NCBI RefSeq assembly: GCF_004010195.1 | Contig: NC_057718.1 | Location: 104,162,342-104,226,341 of the forward strand | Length of the DNA: 64,000 nt | Reading direction: 5' to 3' | DNA from: Chiloscyllium plagiosum | Taxonomy: Eukaryota | Part shown: positions 12,975-25,910 of the stretch, in pieces | Layout of the letters: every line of letters begins with the position of its first letter | Position numbering within the stretch: position 1 is the first letter of the stretch | Notes under the pieces: generated by a model | The model's database searches: none | What the model saw: only the letters and a program-made list of their open reading frames with translations | What the model was told of the DNA's origin: nothing | Program-made: the position numbers and the translations under genes

Positions 12975-13710
12975 ATAGAGTCATAGAGATGTACAGCATG
13001 GAAACAGACCTTTCAGTCCAACCCATCCATACTGACCAGATATCCCAACCCAATCTAGTCCCACCTGCCAGCACCCGGCCCATATCCCTCCAAACCCTTC
13101 CTATTCATATACCCATCCAGATGCCTCTTAAATGTTGCAATTGTACCAGCCTCCACCACATCCTCTGGCAGCTCATTCCATACACACACCACCCTCTGAG
13201 TGAAAAAGTTGCCCCTTAGGTCTCTTTTATGTCATTCCCCTCTCACCTTAAACCTATGCCCTCTAGTTCTGGACTCCCCAAACCCAGGGAAAAGACTTTG
13301 CCTACCCATCCTATCCATGCCCCTCATAATTTTATAAACCTCTACAAGGTCACCCCTCAGCCTCCGACGCTCCAGGGAAAACAGCCCCAGCCTGTTCAGC
13401 CTCTCCCTATAGCTCAAATCCCCCAACCCTGGCAACATCCTTGTAAATCTTTTCTGAACCCTTTCAAGTCCAAGGTGTTTTTGTTCAGCAACACTCCCTA
13501 GGACCTTACCATTAAGGGTATAAGTCCTGCTAAGATTTGCTTTCCCAAAATGCAGCACCTCGCATTTATCTGAATTAAACTCCATCTGCCACTTCTCAGC
13601 CCATTGGACCATCTGATCAAGATCCCATTGTAATCTGAGGTAACCCTCTTCGCTGTCCACTACACCTCCAATTTTGGTGTCATCTGCAAACTTACTAACT
13701 GCACCTCTTG
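12975..13710 (-). mobile_element. CR1 LINE 3' portion (RT C-terminus, internally deleted)
   Basis: ORF 13232..13717(-) SKFADDTKIGG..WQMEFNSDKCEVLHFG..LERRRLRGDLVEVYK. Confidence 0.95.
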
Positions 13711-14649
13711 ATGACAAAAAGTAGAGAAGGTCAAATTACGCACACTCGTCTCAACATTTAATTTTACAATGTTCTGATGTCTAAGCAGACCGAACCAATG
13801 TGCTGAGTATTCACAGTGGTGTTTCCCACCCTTCCACCCCCACCCTCACCCCCAACCCCCGTTTTGCTGAGTGTGTTATGATGGAATACTGGGCAGCATT
13901 ATCTTCCATCATCAGGCATTCCCACCTGCCCAGACAGATCCCAATCCCAGTGTCTCTGTAACCGCACAGAACCAAGAAATGTTGGGAAGTCAGAACACAA
14001 AATATGATAACATTGCAGTGACTTGAGAACAATGACACAATGATCCCTGAGAGACCATCAGGTAGCACACGGCAATTCACAATTAAATGCATTTACAGCA
14101 GGGTTGTGTACATTCTTGATAATTGGAGAGGGGATGGAAGGTTTTTGGGGATGGGGGGGGGTGATTTGGTGGAGTAATCAGGTGGAACAGGTTGACCAGG
14201 CAAAGTGGGGTTTTGAAGTTGATCCATTTACTGAATTCAAACCCAGAACTGAAACACAGAACACAGCAGCAAAGAAGGGGGATCATTCAGCCCATCATAT
14301 GATCATGACAAGTTCCTCAATCCCATGTTGCAGTATTTGATCCATCGCCCACAGGTTCTGGCATGGGGTGAGCAGGGGTGGTTCCTGCCTGCCTTTCCTC
14401 CCTGATTTCAGGCAGTGAGTCCCAGATGCCAACCACTCTCAGGATGAAAATAACTTTTCTTCATCTCCCTCCAATAATTCCAGGCTGCCTCCTCACTGGC
14501 CTCGCTGCTCAGGTAAACAAACCTTTCCCATCCATTTTACCCAGGCCCCTCACACCTTGATCAATTCTCCCCTTGACTCTAGGGAGAAAAGGCCCAGCCA
14601 ATCCAGCCTTTCCTCAAGTTTCCCCCATCCTGTGAATCCCCTCGGCACC

Positions 14650-15420
14650 AGTCCATAGATCCCTGAAGGTCCTCACTGGTGAAGGAGGCTTTTGAAATGC
14701 CTGCTTTCATCAGCCAGTGGAATATATGAGCAAGGAAGTCTTGGTCAGGTCACAGCTGGAGTACAGTTCGCAATTCTGGTCGCCACACTATTGGAAAGAC
14801 GGGATTGCGCTGGAGATGGTGCGGAGGAGTTTCACCAGGACATTGCCTGGGATGGAATGTCCCAGTTATGAGGAGAGACTGGACAGGTTGGATTTGTTTT
14901 CCCCAGAGCAGTGGATGCTGAGGGGTGGGAATCTGCTGGAGGTAGACAACATTAGGAGAGACACAGAGTGGATCGCGCGAATCTTTTCCCGCTGGCAGAT
15001 GTATCTAAGACCAGAGGACAGAGGTTTAAGGTGAGGAATAAGTTATTCAGAGGAATCTGAGGAAAGATTATTTCACTCAGAGGCTGCTAGAAATATGGAA
15101 GGTTGGGAAGGTACTCTCACACTATTTTAGAAGCAGCTGAATTTACCCTTAAAATGCCGGGGCATAGCAGGCAATAACCCAAGCGTAGGTAAGTGGGAAT
15201 AGTGTTGTTTGGTTCTGACAATGAGGCACTGCAATCAAAATGCTAACTCCATTTCTCCCTCCACAGATGCTGCCAGACCTGAGTTTCTCCAGCACTTTCT
15301 GATTTTGTTTCGGGTCTCCAGCATCTGCACAAATTTGTTTTATTTCAATGTAGTTTGGTGTTTGTTAGTCGGCATTGATGTGGTGGGCCGAAGGACCCAG
15401 TTCTGTGCTGTCTGACTCGA
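14650..15420 (+). mobile_element. CR1 LINE 3' portion interrupted by a PLE repeat; opposite-strand CR1 fragment at 14265-14650
   Basis: ORF 14717..15034 LVRSQLEYSSQFWSPHY..YEERLDRLDLFS. Confidence 0.88.
15214..15348 (+). mobile_element. Short PLE family C insertion with TSD
   Basis: TSD tgttgtttggt (15203-15213) / tgtagtttggt (15349-15359); starts at a degenerate CUGA core. Confidence 0.75.
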
Positions 15421-17484
15421 TGTGCCTGTCATCTCTCCTCCTTCCTCATCGTGTATGCCTTCTCTTCAGAGAAGATGTGCTACGAGCTGCCATTGGCTAT
15501 TTCACTATTAGTCTAACAATCCTCACTGCCTTCAAATAGCTACCCCCCAGGGTCTTCCCCAGCAGTTTTCCCCAAGCTTCATGAGAATGGAACAAGGGTT
15601 TGCAGTGACATCTGGACGATCTTAAAGCACTCAGATGTTCATGAGGATGTAATGACTGAGTGACTGAGCAGCAGGTTCTAAGGTTCATTGAGGAGTGTGG
15701 GGACCCTGTAGGTCAGGGGAGAGGAGTGAAGGAGAAAGGAGAAGGGACGGGGGGGAGAGGAGGGGAGGCGAGGGGAGGGGCAGCAGTAACCCAACAGTTC
15801 TTTCAAAGAGCCTTCACAGGCTTGATGGAATGAATGGCCTCCTCGTGTCCTGTATTGTACTGTCAATCTCCATTCCATACCTCAAACAACTCCTGACCCT
15901 GCCCCTTTCCAACACCTGCTCCCTCAAACCCCAACACAACCTTCCCAATTGGAACCAACACATCCTCCATTTATGACCCACCTCTGGATCAGGTGGGCCT
16001 TGAAGCCAGGCCTCCTGGCTCAGAGATAGGGACACTACCACTACAGCATGAAAACCGTTCGAGCTGAATGTGAAACAACCATGGGGAACTTTGGCTCCCA
16101 TTTATAAGAAGCCAGGTTGGAACTGCCTCAGCATGTTCTTGCAGCACTGAGAGTGAGAAAGACTTAGACATGCCTGTGTGGGTCTGAGAGGGAACGAGTC
16201 ACACTGAATATTTAAGTTTCTTTCCACACTTGAGTAATAACTGAGTGACCGTCCCTACCTGGGATCAGATCACTGAGTCACTGTCAAAGTGTTTCAATGT
16301 CAGCTGCCCCAGTCTGAATGAAGTCACAGTCAGCCTTACAGCTGAAAAACAGTTCAGTGAAAGATTGCTTTCGCTATCATATTTAAATAACAGCAGCACC
16401 CTGGCACCCGAGAGGAAAGTATTCTCCCTGTTACAAGAACCCACTTGGGAGAGACTGACAATTATTCCCCATGCCCTATCCTCTCAGCCCCAACCCTTCC
16501 CCCTTCGGGCTCTATCACACCCTTAATTCTACACCCTCCCCTGTGGCCAACCAGCTAATTAAGAGCAAAATCCATCTCTTGATTAAAGAATTGCACTGCC
16601 GCTGAAATGAATTGGCACAGTTTTATTTTAATTCTTAATCAGACTGGTGGAGGCAGCATCCCTAACACTGCCTTCATAAGCAAAGAGGACAGATCCATAA
16701 CCAGCAATTAATGATGATGAAAGGGGAGAACGAGTTTGAGCATATTGCTGTGACATTTTTATCTGTGTAAATGAGTTCACCAGGCACACAGCTACATATG
16801 CTGATTGTCAGTGAGTGTTTGAATGGTGCCACTTCGAGGTCTCCCTCCAGCACATGGTATTGGAAGGTGCTGAATTTAATAAGTAATTTTGACATGGGTG
16901 TGAAATGAGCAAATCTGCTGCACAAGCCGTGTATTCTCACTCTGAGTAGATAGGCGAACATTCTAAATATGTGAGGTGACACTAATCAGCAGGAAAAAAA
17001 TACGGAGAATTGCAAGTGAGCGAAAGAAAGCCATTCAATAAGTGGCAGAAACAGGAGTGGGCCACAAACCTTTCTCTGTGCCAGTCGATGAAAGGATTAC
17101 ATTAAAAAGTTATATTATTTTTCTAAATTTAAACACATGGAGAGACTTAGTTCTCCAGGATTGTATATCATCAGTGGTTTCATGGACCTGTACTTGGGAA
17201 TGTTGCCAATTGCATTTCCATAAGAATTGCCAAAGGAAGAAATTGGAGCCTTTCAAACTGCCCAGTGCAAACATGGCTAAACATCCACCTTTCCTGGATA
17301 TTTTGACAGAGGTGTTTCTCTGTTTGTTTTAGATTTGCACAATTAATTTCAAGGTCGTAACGTTTTAACACAAATCAATTGGATAATTTGTTTTTTGTTA
17401 AAGTTAATAAATTATTCACATATAATGCAAGTCATGAGATTTCTCTATAGAAATGGTGGGCAGATTATAATATGGAAATTCACC

Positions 17485-17760
17485 ACAGCACCTTCCAGCC
17501 ACTACTACCTTGGACAAGGGCAACAGCTACATGGGAACACCAAGCTCCCCTCCGAGCCACTCCCCATCCTGACTTGGAAATATATCACCGTTCCTTCAGT
17601 ATCACTGGGTCAAAATCCTGGAATTCCCTCCCTCAGGGTATTGTGGGTCTACCTACAGCACAGAGAAGGAAGCTCACCCCCATCTTCTCAGAGGTCAACT
17701 AGGGACGGGGCAATAAATGTTTGACTAGCTAATGATGCCCACATCCCATGAATGAGTAAA
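17485..17760 (+). mobile_element. 3' end of a CR1-group (Crack/Zenon-like) LINE
   Basis: catcctgacttggaaatatatc..gggtcaaaatcctggaattccc..ggcaataaatg..cccacatcccatgaatga; same tail on the minus strand at 61800. Confidence 0.75.
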
Positions 17761-18970
17761 AAGAGAGAAAAAAATTCTTGGGCATGTGTATGAATTGTGA
17801 AATTTAACAGGAAAAAGTCTTAGAACATAGAACATTATAGCGCAGTACAGGCCCTATGGTGCCCGATGTTACGCCGACCTGTCATACCAACCTAAAGCCC
17901 ATCTAACCTCCACTATTCCATGTACGTCTTAATGACACTGACGGCAAGTCTGTAATTTTGAGAATTTATTTTCTGACTTGTTGTATTTTAATTCTAACTG
18001 TTTGGTCTCGGATGGTTTTATACTGAATTTCATAGAAGCTATACACCTGTGGTGAAATGGTATTATGAAGCGATGTTACACATTCTGAATTGAACATGAA
18101 TGAGTCAGGTTCCTCCAGGAAGAAGGCTCTGTTGTGAAAGGGGAGAAAATCTGTTTTAACAAGAGATTACTTCATGACTCCATTTCCTTCCAGAAGTCCC
18201 TGGGTACCAAGAGACGAGAATATCTGGGCCACAGAATATTTGTATCTCTTCTCCTTGAATATTTCCTCTCATCTCCTTTCTGGGAAAGGCATAACTATCT
18301 CAACAAAACCTCTTTAACTCATGAAGTGATTTTGAGAAACGAGGAATTGTATGCCCAAGAACACTCCCTGTTCTTCGTGGGAGGGTGGATATCACTGTCT
18401 CAGACAGGATTTATTGCCCATCCCTAATTGCCCAGAGGGCAGCCATGTTACTGTGGGTCTGGAATCACAAACCAGCTAGTGATAGCTGACTCCTCCCCCT
18501 CCAATGGGCATAATAGAATCAGCTGGGTCTTTACAGCAATGATTATATATTCTTTTAATTCATTCATAGAATGAGGATAGGTCAGCATTTATTGCCCATC
18601 CCTGATGCCCAGAGGGCAGTCCAGAGTCAACCACATTGCTGTAGGTCTGGTGTCACTGGGTAAGGGTGGCAGTCAACAAACAGGTTAGGGCCTGTCAGAG
18701 GGACCAGACACTGGGAATGGTTTGGGATGCTGATGGTCAAGATGTGGAAGACATTAATCATTCTTGTAAATAAGTACACAGATCAAGAAATTTTATAGCA
18801 GATCCTCAAAACTCAAAACACATGTTAATACGGTTTCACCTCCTGTATACATTACTAATTGGAGCAGACATTTTGAAAAAGAAATACACTAGCAGGAAGT
18901 TTAACTTTAAAAGCTTGGACAAAATAAGAATCAACAATAGCCCACAACTCGATCCACATGTGACTCTGTG

Positions 18971-19345
18971 TTCATTAGGTTTCATATGTTTATAGAATAA
19001 GGAATCTGAAACTGATACCTAGACAATTCTGTTACATCATGTCAACGCAAGTTTATTTACCTGGATATATTAGCAATTAGGTATTTAGTTAAAGACTAAA
19101 TTTAGTTTAAGACTAAATTAATCCCAGGAATTTGGGCTATTAAGAATACTAGATGTGGAAACCTTGTCACCCTATAGCTCTGTTTCCTTGCCTGCAGTCA
19201 GAAGGAACGTAGAAAATGTGTCCGGTTTCTGATATTGTTTGAAATGCTATTTGGATATTTTAAGTAATTTCATTGTAACTAATTTCCTGGAAATCACTTG
19301 GCTGGACTGAGCTCTCATTTAGTAATAACTGTCCAGTTAGACTTC
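18971..19345. repeat. Source arm of a ~375-bp inverted duplication (partner 20046-20419)
   Basis: Reverse-complement alignment by eye, about 29 differences (~92% identity). Confidence 0.95.
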
Positions 19346-19759
19346 AAGAAGATCTGATACCTTCCATTGATCTGATAATCAGCAACTCCAGACACTGTTC
19401 TAAGGGAATTTAATATTCTGAGTATCTTACACAGCCATTATAGTAAAGAACAGCAGATACTTTATAAACTGATCCACCTGTTACCATAGAAATCCTGATA
19501 GCTCAAGCCTTCCCTCCTTATTGTTATGGATAATATTTTTCATTTTGCGTTTTTGAGAAATCTGCAAATAGACACATGTCCTTTCTGAACTATCAGCCCC
19601 TGCTCTGGGTTAATGATCCCTCTGGCAGTTGTGTTAATGTTCAGGATGGGAATATTTCTTGGGATTGATTTAATCTCAGTTCCTCTTCACACTGATCTGG
19701 TGACAATTCCACCACCGATTTTCTGGGTCTCTCTGTCCTTTCATTTCCTTCACTGCTTC

Positions 19760-21075
19760 ATGATGACTCTGTCAGGCCAACAGCAGCAGAATTGTTCTCC
19801 ATCACAATCTGTAGCCTCATGGCCCAGCATATCACCCACTCAACCATCACCATCAAGCCTGGGGATCAACCCTGGTTCAATGGAGAGTGCAGGAGGGCAA
19901 TGCCAGGAATAAGGTGGAGGTGGGTACTGCAGATGCTGGAGATCAGAGTCAAGATTAGAGTGGTGCTGGAAAAGCACAGCAGGTCAGGCAGCATCCGAGG
20001 AGCAGGAAAATCGAAAAACCCTTCGTCAGGAATGAGCCCTCATTCGAGGTCTAACTGACAGTTATTACTGAAGGAGGGCTCAGTCCAGCCAAGTGATTTC
20101 CAGGAAATTAGTTACAATGAAATTACCTAAAATATCCAAATAGCATTTCAAACAATATCAGAAACCGGACACATTCTCTACGTTACTCTCTGGCTGCAGG
20201 CAAGGAAACAGAGCTATAGGGTGACAACATTTCTGCATCTAATATTCTTAATAGCCCAAATTCCTGGGCTTAATTTGGTCTTAAACTAAATTTAGTCTTT
20301 AACTAAATACCTAATTGCTAATATATCCAGGTAATAAACATACATTAACATGATGTAAGAGAATTATCGAGGTATCAGTTTCAGATTCCTTGTCCTACAA
20401 ACATATAAAACCTAATGAAGAACCCAGATGCTGCCTGATCTGCTGTGCTTTTCCAGCACCACTCTAATGCCAGGAATAACATTGGGCATATCTAAAAATA
20501 AGGTATCCACCTGTTGAAGCTACCAAACAAGACCACTACTGTGTCAAACAGTATGAACAGCAAGTGATAGAGCTAAGTGATCCACATCCATGAATCAGAG
20601 CTAAGCTCTGCAGTCTGCCACAATGGTGGTTGACAATTAAACAACTGACTGGAGGAGTAGGCTCCACACACACCCCATCCTCAATGATGGAAGAGCCCAG
20701 TACATCAGGGCAAATGATAAAGCTGAACCTTTTGCAGCAATCTTCAGCCAGAAGTGCTGATTGGTTGATCCATCTCTGCCTCCTCCATTGGTCCCCAGCA
20801 TCTCAGATACAAATCTTCAGCCAATTCGATTCACTCCACATGATACCAATAAACGGTTGGAGACACTGGATACAGCAAAGGCTATGGGCCCTGACAATAT
20901 TCTGGCAATAGCACTGAAGGCTTGTGCTCCAGAACTTGCAGCTCCCCGAGCCAAGCTGTTCCAGTACAGTTACATCACTGGCACCTACCCAGCATTATGG
21001 AAAATTACCCAGCTATGTCCTGTACATAAAAAGCAAGACAAATCCAACCCGGCCAATTACCTCCCCATCAGTCTA
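19760..21075 (+). mobile_element. CR1-group (Crack/Zenon-like) LINE ORF2 fragment, interrupted
   Basis: TITIKPGDQPWFNGECRRA before the insertion; LDTAKAMGPDNI..APELAAP..PVHKKQDKSNPANYLPISL after it. Confidence 0.88.
19913..20465. mobile_element. Composite PLE family A insertion: terminal repeat + captured local DNA + inverted terminal-repeat fragment
   Basis: TSD aatgccaggaataa at 19899-19912 and 20466-20479; PLE repeat 19921-20036, inverted repeat fragment 20426-20468. Confidence 0.9.
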
Positions 21076-21087
21076 CAATTTAAGGCT

Positions 21088-21178
21088 TCTGCAGAAGGGT
21101 CAGACTGGACTTGAAACGTTAACTCAGTTTGTCTCTCCACAAATGCTGCCAGACTTGCTGAGTTTTTGTAGCATTCTA
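21088..21178 (+). mobile_element. PLE family C terminal repeat with degenerate hammerhead
   Basis: tctgcagaagggtcagactggacttgaaacgttaactc. Confidence 0.7.
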
Positions 21179-21345
21179 TGTGACATAACGTAATTATGTC
21201 CTAATAACTTCCAATAGGAGATATTTTTACATGAAATAAGTTCATAGGAACAGGAGGAGGCCATTCAGCCCCTTAATCCTGTTCTACAATTCAATGAGAT
21301 CATGCTTGATCTGTAACCCCAACTCTGTATACCCACCATAATACC

Positions 21346-21930
21346 CGTGGCACAATTAAGCACTATGATATATGAATGCCAGGTATATTGCCAGCGTATC
21401 CTAATACCAACCAGACTGTATCAAGCAGCATATCCCACTGACTATTACCCAGAGGCACCAGCAGCACATGCTCAGCCAGCCCATGCTTGTAAGCCTCAGA
21501 GTAACATACCCATCATTAGAAATGATTCTGCTACTGGACGTCACTTATTAGTAATCCAGACTGTGCTAGGAGTTTCATTGGAAACCATGTAAGATCATCT
21601 ATTGAGCTCAGAGTGCACTGGCTAGTGGAAGCTAGAAGCTACACTTGTTAATATACGGGGCCTGTTTCATGAAGCCAAAAATAATTGTTCATACTTTGCA
21701 CCTTCTAATTTGGAAATAAAGGTTATGGAGACAGTCAATCCCCTCTGCATTAAACTGGTAACACCCTGACCAATCAAGTTCGACCTGCCTGGTCTGAGAA
21801 TGAAGATTGACAGTTCACTGTTCTTGCTGCAATGCCATGCCATTGATGTCCTCTTCTCCCGCTGTGTAAAACGGTGTCACTTTGTTCAAGTCTGTTTCTT
21901 GTTTCCTAGACCTGATGGGGGCAAAACGAA
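21346..21930 (+). mobile_element. Old Penelope-like GIY-YIG C-terminal fragment (distinct family)
   Basis: Frameshifted MIYEC..DSATGRHLL..PDCA..LEAT..GPV; degenerate core cctgatgggggcaaaacgaaa at ~21911. Confidence 0.6.
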
Positions 21931-22159
21931 ATGTTTCCCCTTCTTATTTCCTTTTCACAATGTTTACATTCCATAGACAGTTTCAAAATTCAACTCACTT
22001 TGTGTGAGAAAATATTTCCTAATTCCACTCCTAAAGTGATTGGCGCTAACAGAAGATTGATTCACGACAACTGGAAAAGATTAAGTTGTGCATTTCTCCG
22101 CATCTTTATATGATGCAAAGCAATGTCATTAGTGATCGTCTGCGGGCTGTGTCCATCAG

Positions 22160-23000
22160 AGCAGGAGCAGGCCATTCAATGCCATGTATCTGCTCATGGC
22201 TGATCATTCAACTCAATACCCAACTTCTCCCCATTCCCTTTCATCCCTTTAGCCCTAAGAACAAGTGCTGGTCCCCAGGACTTGGCATCGTACATTTATT
22301 GTACAAATGTATAGTTAGACAATAGACAATAGGTGCAGGAGTAGGCCATTCTGCCCTTCGAGCCTGCACCACCATTCAATATGATCATGGCTGATCATTC
22401 CTAATCAGTATCCTCTTCCTGCCTTATCTCCATAACCCTTGATTCCACTATCTTTGAGAGCTCTATCCAATTCTTTCTTAAATGAATCCAGAGACTGGGC
22501 CTCCACTGCCCTCTGGGGCAGAGCATTCCACACAGCCACCACTCTCTGGGTGAACAAGTTTCTCCTCATCTCTGTCCTAAAATCCTGTCCTCTGTCCTTT
22601 GAATCCTGGCCCACCTGCCAGTGGGAACTGTCTCTTCCTGTTTCCTTGTCAAAACCCTCGGAACAACTCCGTGAAGTCTCCCCTTAACCTTCTCCGTCTG
22701 AGGAGAAAAGCTCTAGTTTTTTCAGTCCCTCCGTGGAACTGTAAGCCCGTCATCACTTCCTCCACTTTAATAAATCTCTTTCCAAGGCTTTGACGTCTTC
22801 CCTAGAATGTGGGCACAGTACTCCAACTCATGATGGGCAGTGATAGGCAAAGTTTTAGCACAATTTCTTTGGCTTTATGGATGATGCCTATTTTGTAAAC
22901 TCAACGGATCCTGAACGCTTATATTTGAAAAGCCTACTGAATTCCTCTCGTCACCATCACAGAGATACGTGCCCTTGCTCCCCTCGGTATCTGAGTGCTT
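22160..23000 (-). mobile_element. Nested CR1 3' fragments
   Basis: ORF 22405..22614(-) FRTEMRRNLFTQRVVAVWNALPQRAVEAQSL; tail tagacaatagacaatagg. Confidence 0.85.
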
Positions 23001-23254
23001 CTTAGAATTGTGCTGACATTCCCATTCTTGCTCAGCTTCCAGGAAGCACCACCAGAATTGCATGTGAGGATGTTAACATTAAGATATAATAAAGCTTGAT
23101 CACAGTGCACCCATAGATAAATAGCCATCAGATGCTGCCTACCACAGCTCAACTTAATGCCATTGAGCTGAAATACCAGGCACTAGCTGGTTCTTGTAAG
23201 GTTGGACTCTATTCAGGAGGAAGATGATGAGAGGATGCTTCAGCCTTTCATATT

Positions 23255-23810
23255 AGAATCATAGAATCCCTACAGTGTGGAAGCAGACCATTCGGCCCAT
23301 TACATCCACACTGCCCCTCTGAAGAGCTTCCCACCCAATCCTTGAAACCCCGCATTTCCCATGGTTAATCTATCTATCCTTGGACACCATGGGCAATTTA
23401 GCATGCCCTATCCTGCACTGCTGTAATTTCATCCTTTATAATAGACTTCAGCATCTTTCCCACCACTGAGGTCAGACTAACTGGTCTATAATTCCCTGCT
23501 TTCTCTCTTCCACCTTTCTTAAAAAGTGGTATAATCTATCGAACTCTGGAAAATAATCACCAACGCATCCACGATTTCCCGAGCCACCTCCTTCAGTACC
23601 CTGGGATACAGACCATCAGGCCCTGGAGACTTATCAACCTTCAGACCTAACAGTCTCTCCAACACCAAATCCTGGCAAATATAAATTCCCTTAAGTTCAG
23701 GTCCTTCAGCCACTGTTACCTCAGGGAGATTGCTTGTGTCTTCCCCAGTGAACACAGATCTGAAGTACCCATTTAATTCCTCTGCCATTTCTTTGTTCCC
23801 CGTAATATAT
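23255..23810 (-). mobile_element. HE1 SINE 3' fragment (23255-23420) plus CR1 ORF2 fragment
   Basis: gggcaatttagcatg motif; ORF 23519..23788(-) LKVDKSPGPDGLYPRVLKEVA. Confidence 0.85.
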
Positions 23811-24485
23811 GAAAAGATGAGAATCTGTGGTCTCTTTTTGGTGCACCTAATTCAAGTATGTATATCGTATTGTCAATTTTAAACAAAGGTTACCACTGCT
23901 GACCTTAAAAGATTTAAAAAGATAATTCTCAAAAGGTCCCTGTCTCTTTAATTTTTTTTTACAAGGGGAGTTTGATATTATTTCACTCACATTGGTAATT
24001 GCATCTTGGTCAGGTTCAACGTTGCAGAAAATTAGTGAAATGCTGAGGGAATAATGAAGGTGATGGTGTTCATTACAGTGCAGCAATAAATAGCAGCCTT
24101 TATTGTTAACGTACTTATAAAACCGGGAGTCTTAATCAAATCACTAGATGTTCTCCTCAACCTTGACAATAGAATTTACAATGCTAATCGTTGCAGAACC
24201 ACCAGAGTTTGCAAATTGGTGGCTAGCGTGCAGAGTAGTTTTAAAACATTAAAATAAACTGAGGGTGGAACGGTGCATTTGAGTATGGTGGGCTTTAGCA
24301 TCTGTCCTCAGCCTTGTGGGGTTTTTTGTTTGTTTGTTAGTTCGTTACAAAACTGACAATGCATGCTCACCCACTTTGTGATGCTGTCCAAGGGGAATGA
24401 GCATGCCACTGAGGCTATTGCTGTCCTGTTGCCCTGAATAATCCCCTGACTCAAGTCAGAATACCGGCGAAAGTGATTACTGCCC

Positions 24486-24572
24486 TTCCTGATGAACAGC
24501 TTTTAACCGAAATGTCGATTTTCCTGCTCCTCGGATGCTGCCTGACCTGCTGTGCTTTCCCAGCAACACACT
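24486..24572 (+). mobile_element. PLE family A terminal-repeat fragment (hammerhead stem II disrupted)
   Basis: cctgatgaacagcttttaaccgaaatgtcgattttcctgctcctcggatgctgcctgacc. Confidence 0.85.
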
Positions 24573-25239
24573 CACCCCCACCACCCCTCATCCCAAATCT
24601 GAATCTGTGTAAATGCCCCCACTAGTGTTTACTTTGGTCATGTAGAATGCATCCATTAACCCGTCAGGTCACACATCCCAGATAAACCCCTCCCCCCTTC
24701 TGAATTTCCTACTTACTCTCATAAATCGTTTTTGTTGCCATTTGAATTTTACTTTTGTTATCCCCCTCATTTTGTTGTTGTTTCTTTATTTATGGTGTAA
24801 ACCCACATTTCTACATGAGGGCTGGATTTCCCCAGCTTCTCGGTGATGGTACAGGGGACAGGGCAGCTGGGGATGTGGAGGTTGGGGGAAAGGGGGGGAA
24901 AGGTGCTGAGAGGAGACTGCTGTTATCAGCAGTGGGTACCCTCATGGCAACAAGACCCAATACGTGTCTAATTGAGCCACTGAAATGCCCAATTAAGGGC
25001 CTGTTTGCCTAGTTCAGGAGGTCCTGCCTTTGTACCAATGCACCACAACCACTTCCTCTCCTGCCTCCAATTGCCAGTCTCTACTCTGATTAAACATGGA
25101 AATATAGAGGGGGCCACTCGGCCCATCAAACCCACTCCACCATTCAACATTATCAAGGCACACATGACATGGGTGGAGAAAAATATCCTGGGGAAACACA
25201 GTCCAATAGCACCAGTCTGCAGTATTCAATGAAGTGCCC

Positions 25240-25410
25240 TTTAGCTCAGGTAATAGAGCGGCAGGTTTGCAATGCAGATTGATGCCAACAGTGTGGGTTC
25301 AATACCTGATGCACATTGACCCTCAGGTTAAACCACTGCCAGTCACCTCTCTCTCTCTAATGAGACAGCAGCCCTATGGTCCAGTGGCACTATGGTAACT
25401 TTACCTGTCC
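25240..25410 (+). mobile_element. tRNA-derived SINE fragment
   Basis: A-box-like ttagctcagg, B-box-like gggttcaatacc, followed by a non-tRNA body. Confidence 0.55.
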
Positions 25411-25479
25411 TCTCAGTTAGATGTGAAAGTTCCTGGGGTATTATTTTGCAGGAGGAGAGAGATTTACAAAAGACATGGG

Positions 25480-25715
25480 GGGCAAGTTGTTTATACAGAG
25501 GTTCGTGTGTGGTATGATCTTCCAGAGGAATTGGTGGATGCAGGTCAAATATCAACCTTTAAAAGACATTTGGATGGATTCATGAAGTGGAAAGGTTTGG
25601 AGGGATATGGGCCTGGAGAAGGAAGGTGGGACTGGTTTGGTTTGGGATTATATTTAGTATGGACTGGTTGGACCAAAGGATCCGTTTCTGCACTGTATGC
25701 CTTTAAGACTCTGTA
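25480..25715 (+). mobile_element. CR1 3' end; 25508-25669 is duplicated in inverted orientation at 25919-26080
   Basis: VRVWYDLPEELVDAGQ..TFKRHLD on both strands; about 5 mismatches in 162 bp. Confidence 0.92.
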
Positions 25716-25719
25716 AGAG

Positions 25720-25910
25720 CAGGGCAGTTGTCCCTAGTTTCCTGATACATCCCTCAATAATAATCACACAAAAAAATACAACTTTTCTGTACATTATCTC
25801 ATTGCTGCTTTTAGAATCTTACTGAGTGCAATTGCCTGCCATGTTTCTGACAGTACAATAATGACCACACTTCAAAAATATTTGTATCTGAGGCATCTAG
25901 TGGTCCTTTG
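25720..25910 (+). mobile_element. Deu-domain SINE (AmnSINE1/SacSINE1-like) fragment
   Basis: cattatctcattgctgct..gtgcaattgcctgccatgtttctgacagtacaataatgaccacacttcaaaa matches the Deu domain as recalled. Confidence 0.7.

Noticed and set aside
20046..20419. Assembly artefact explaining the inverted duplication
   Set aside because: The arms differ at about 8% of positions and the insert is bounded by PLE repeats and a clean TSD
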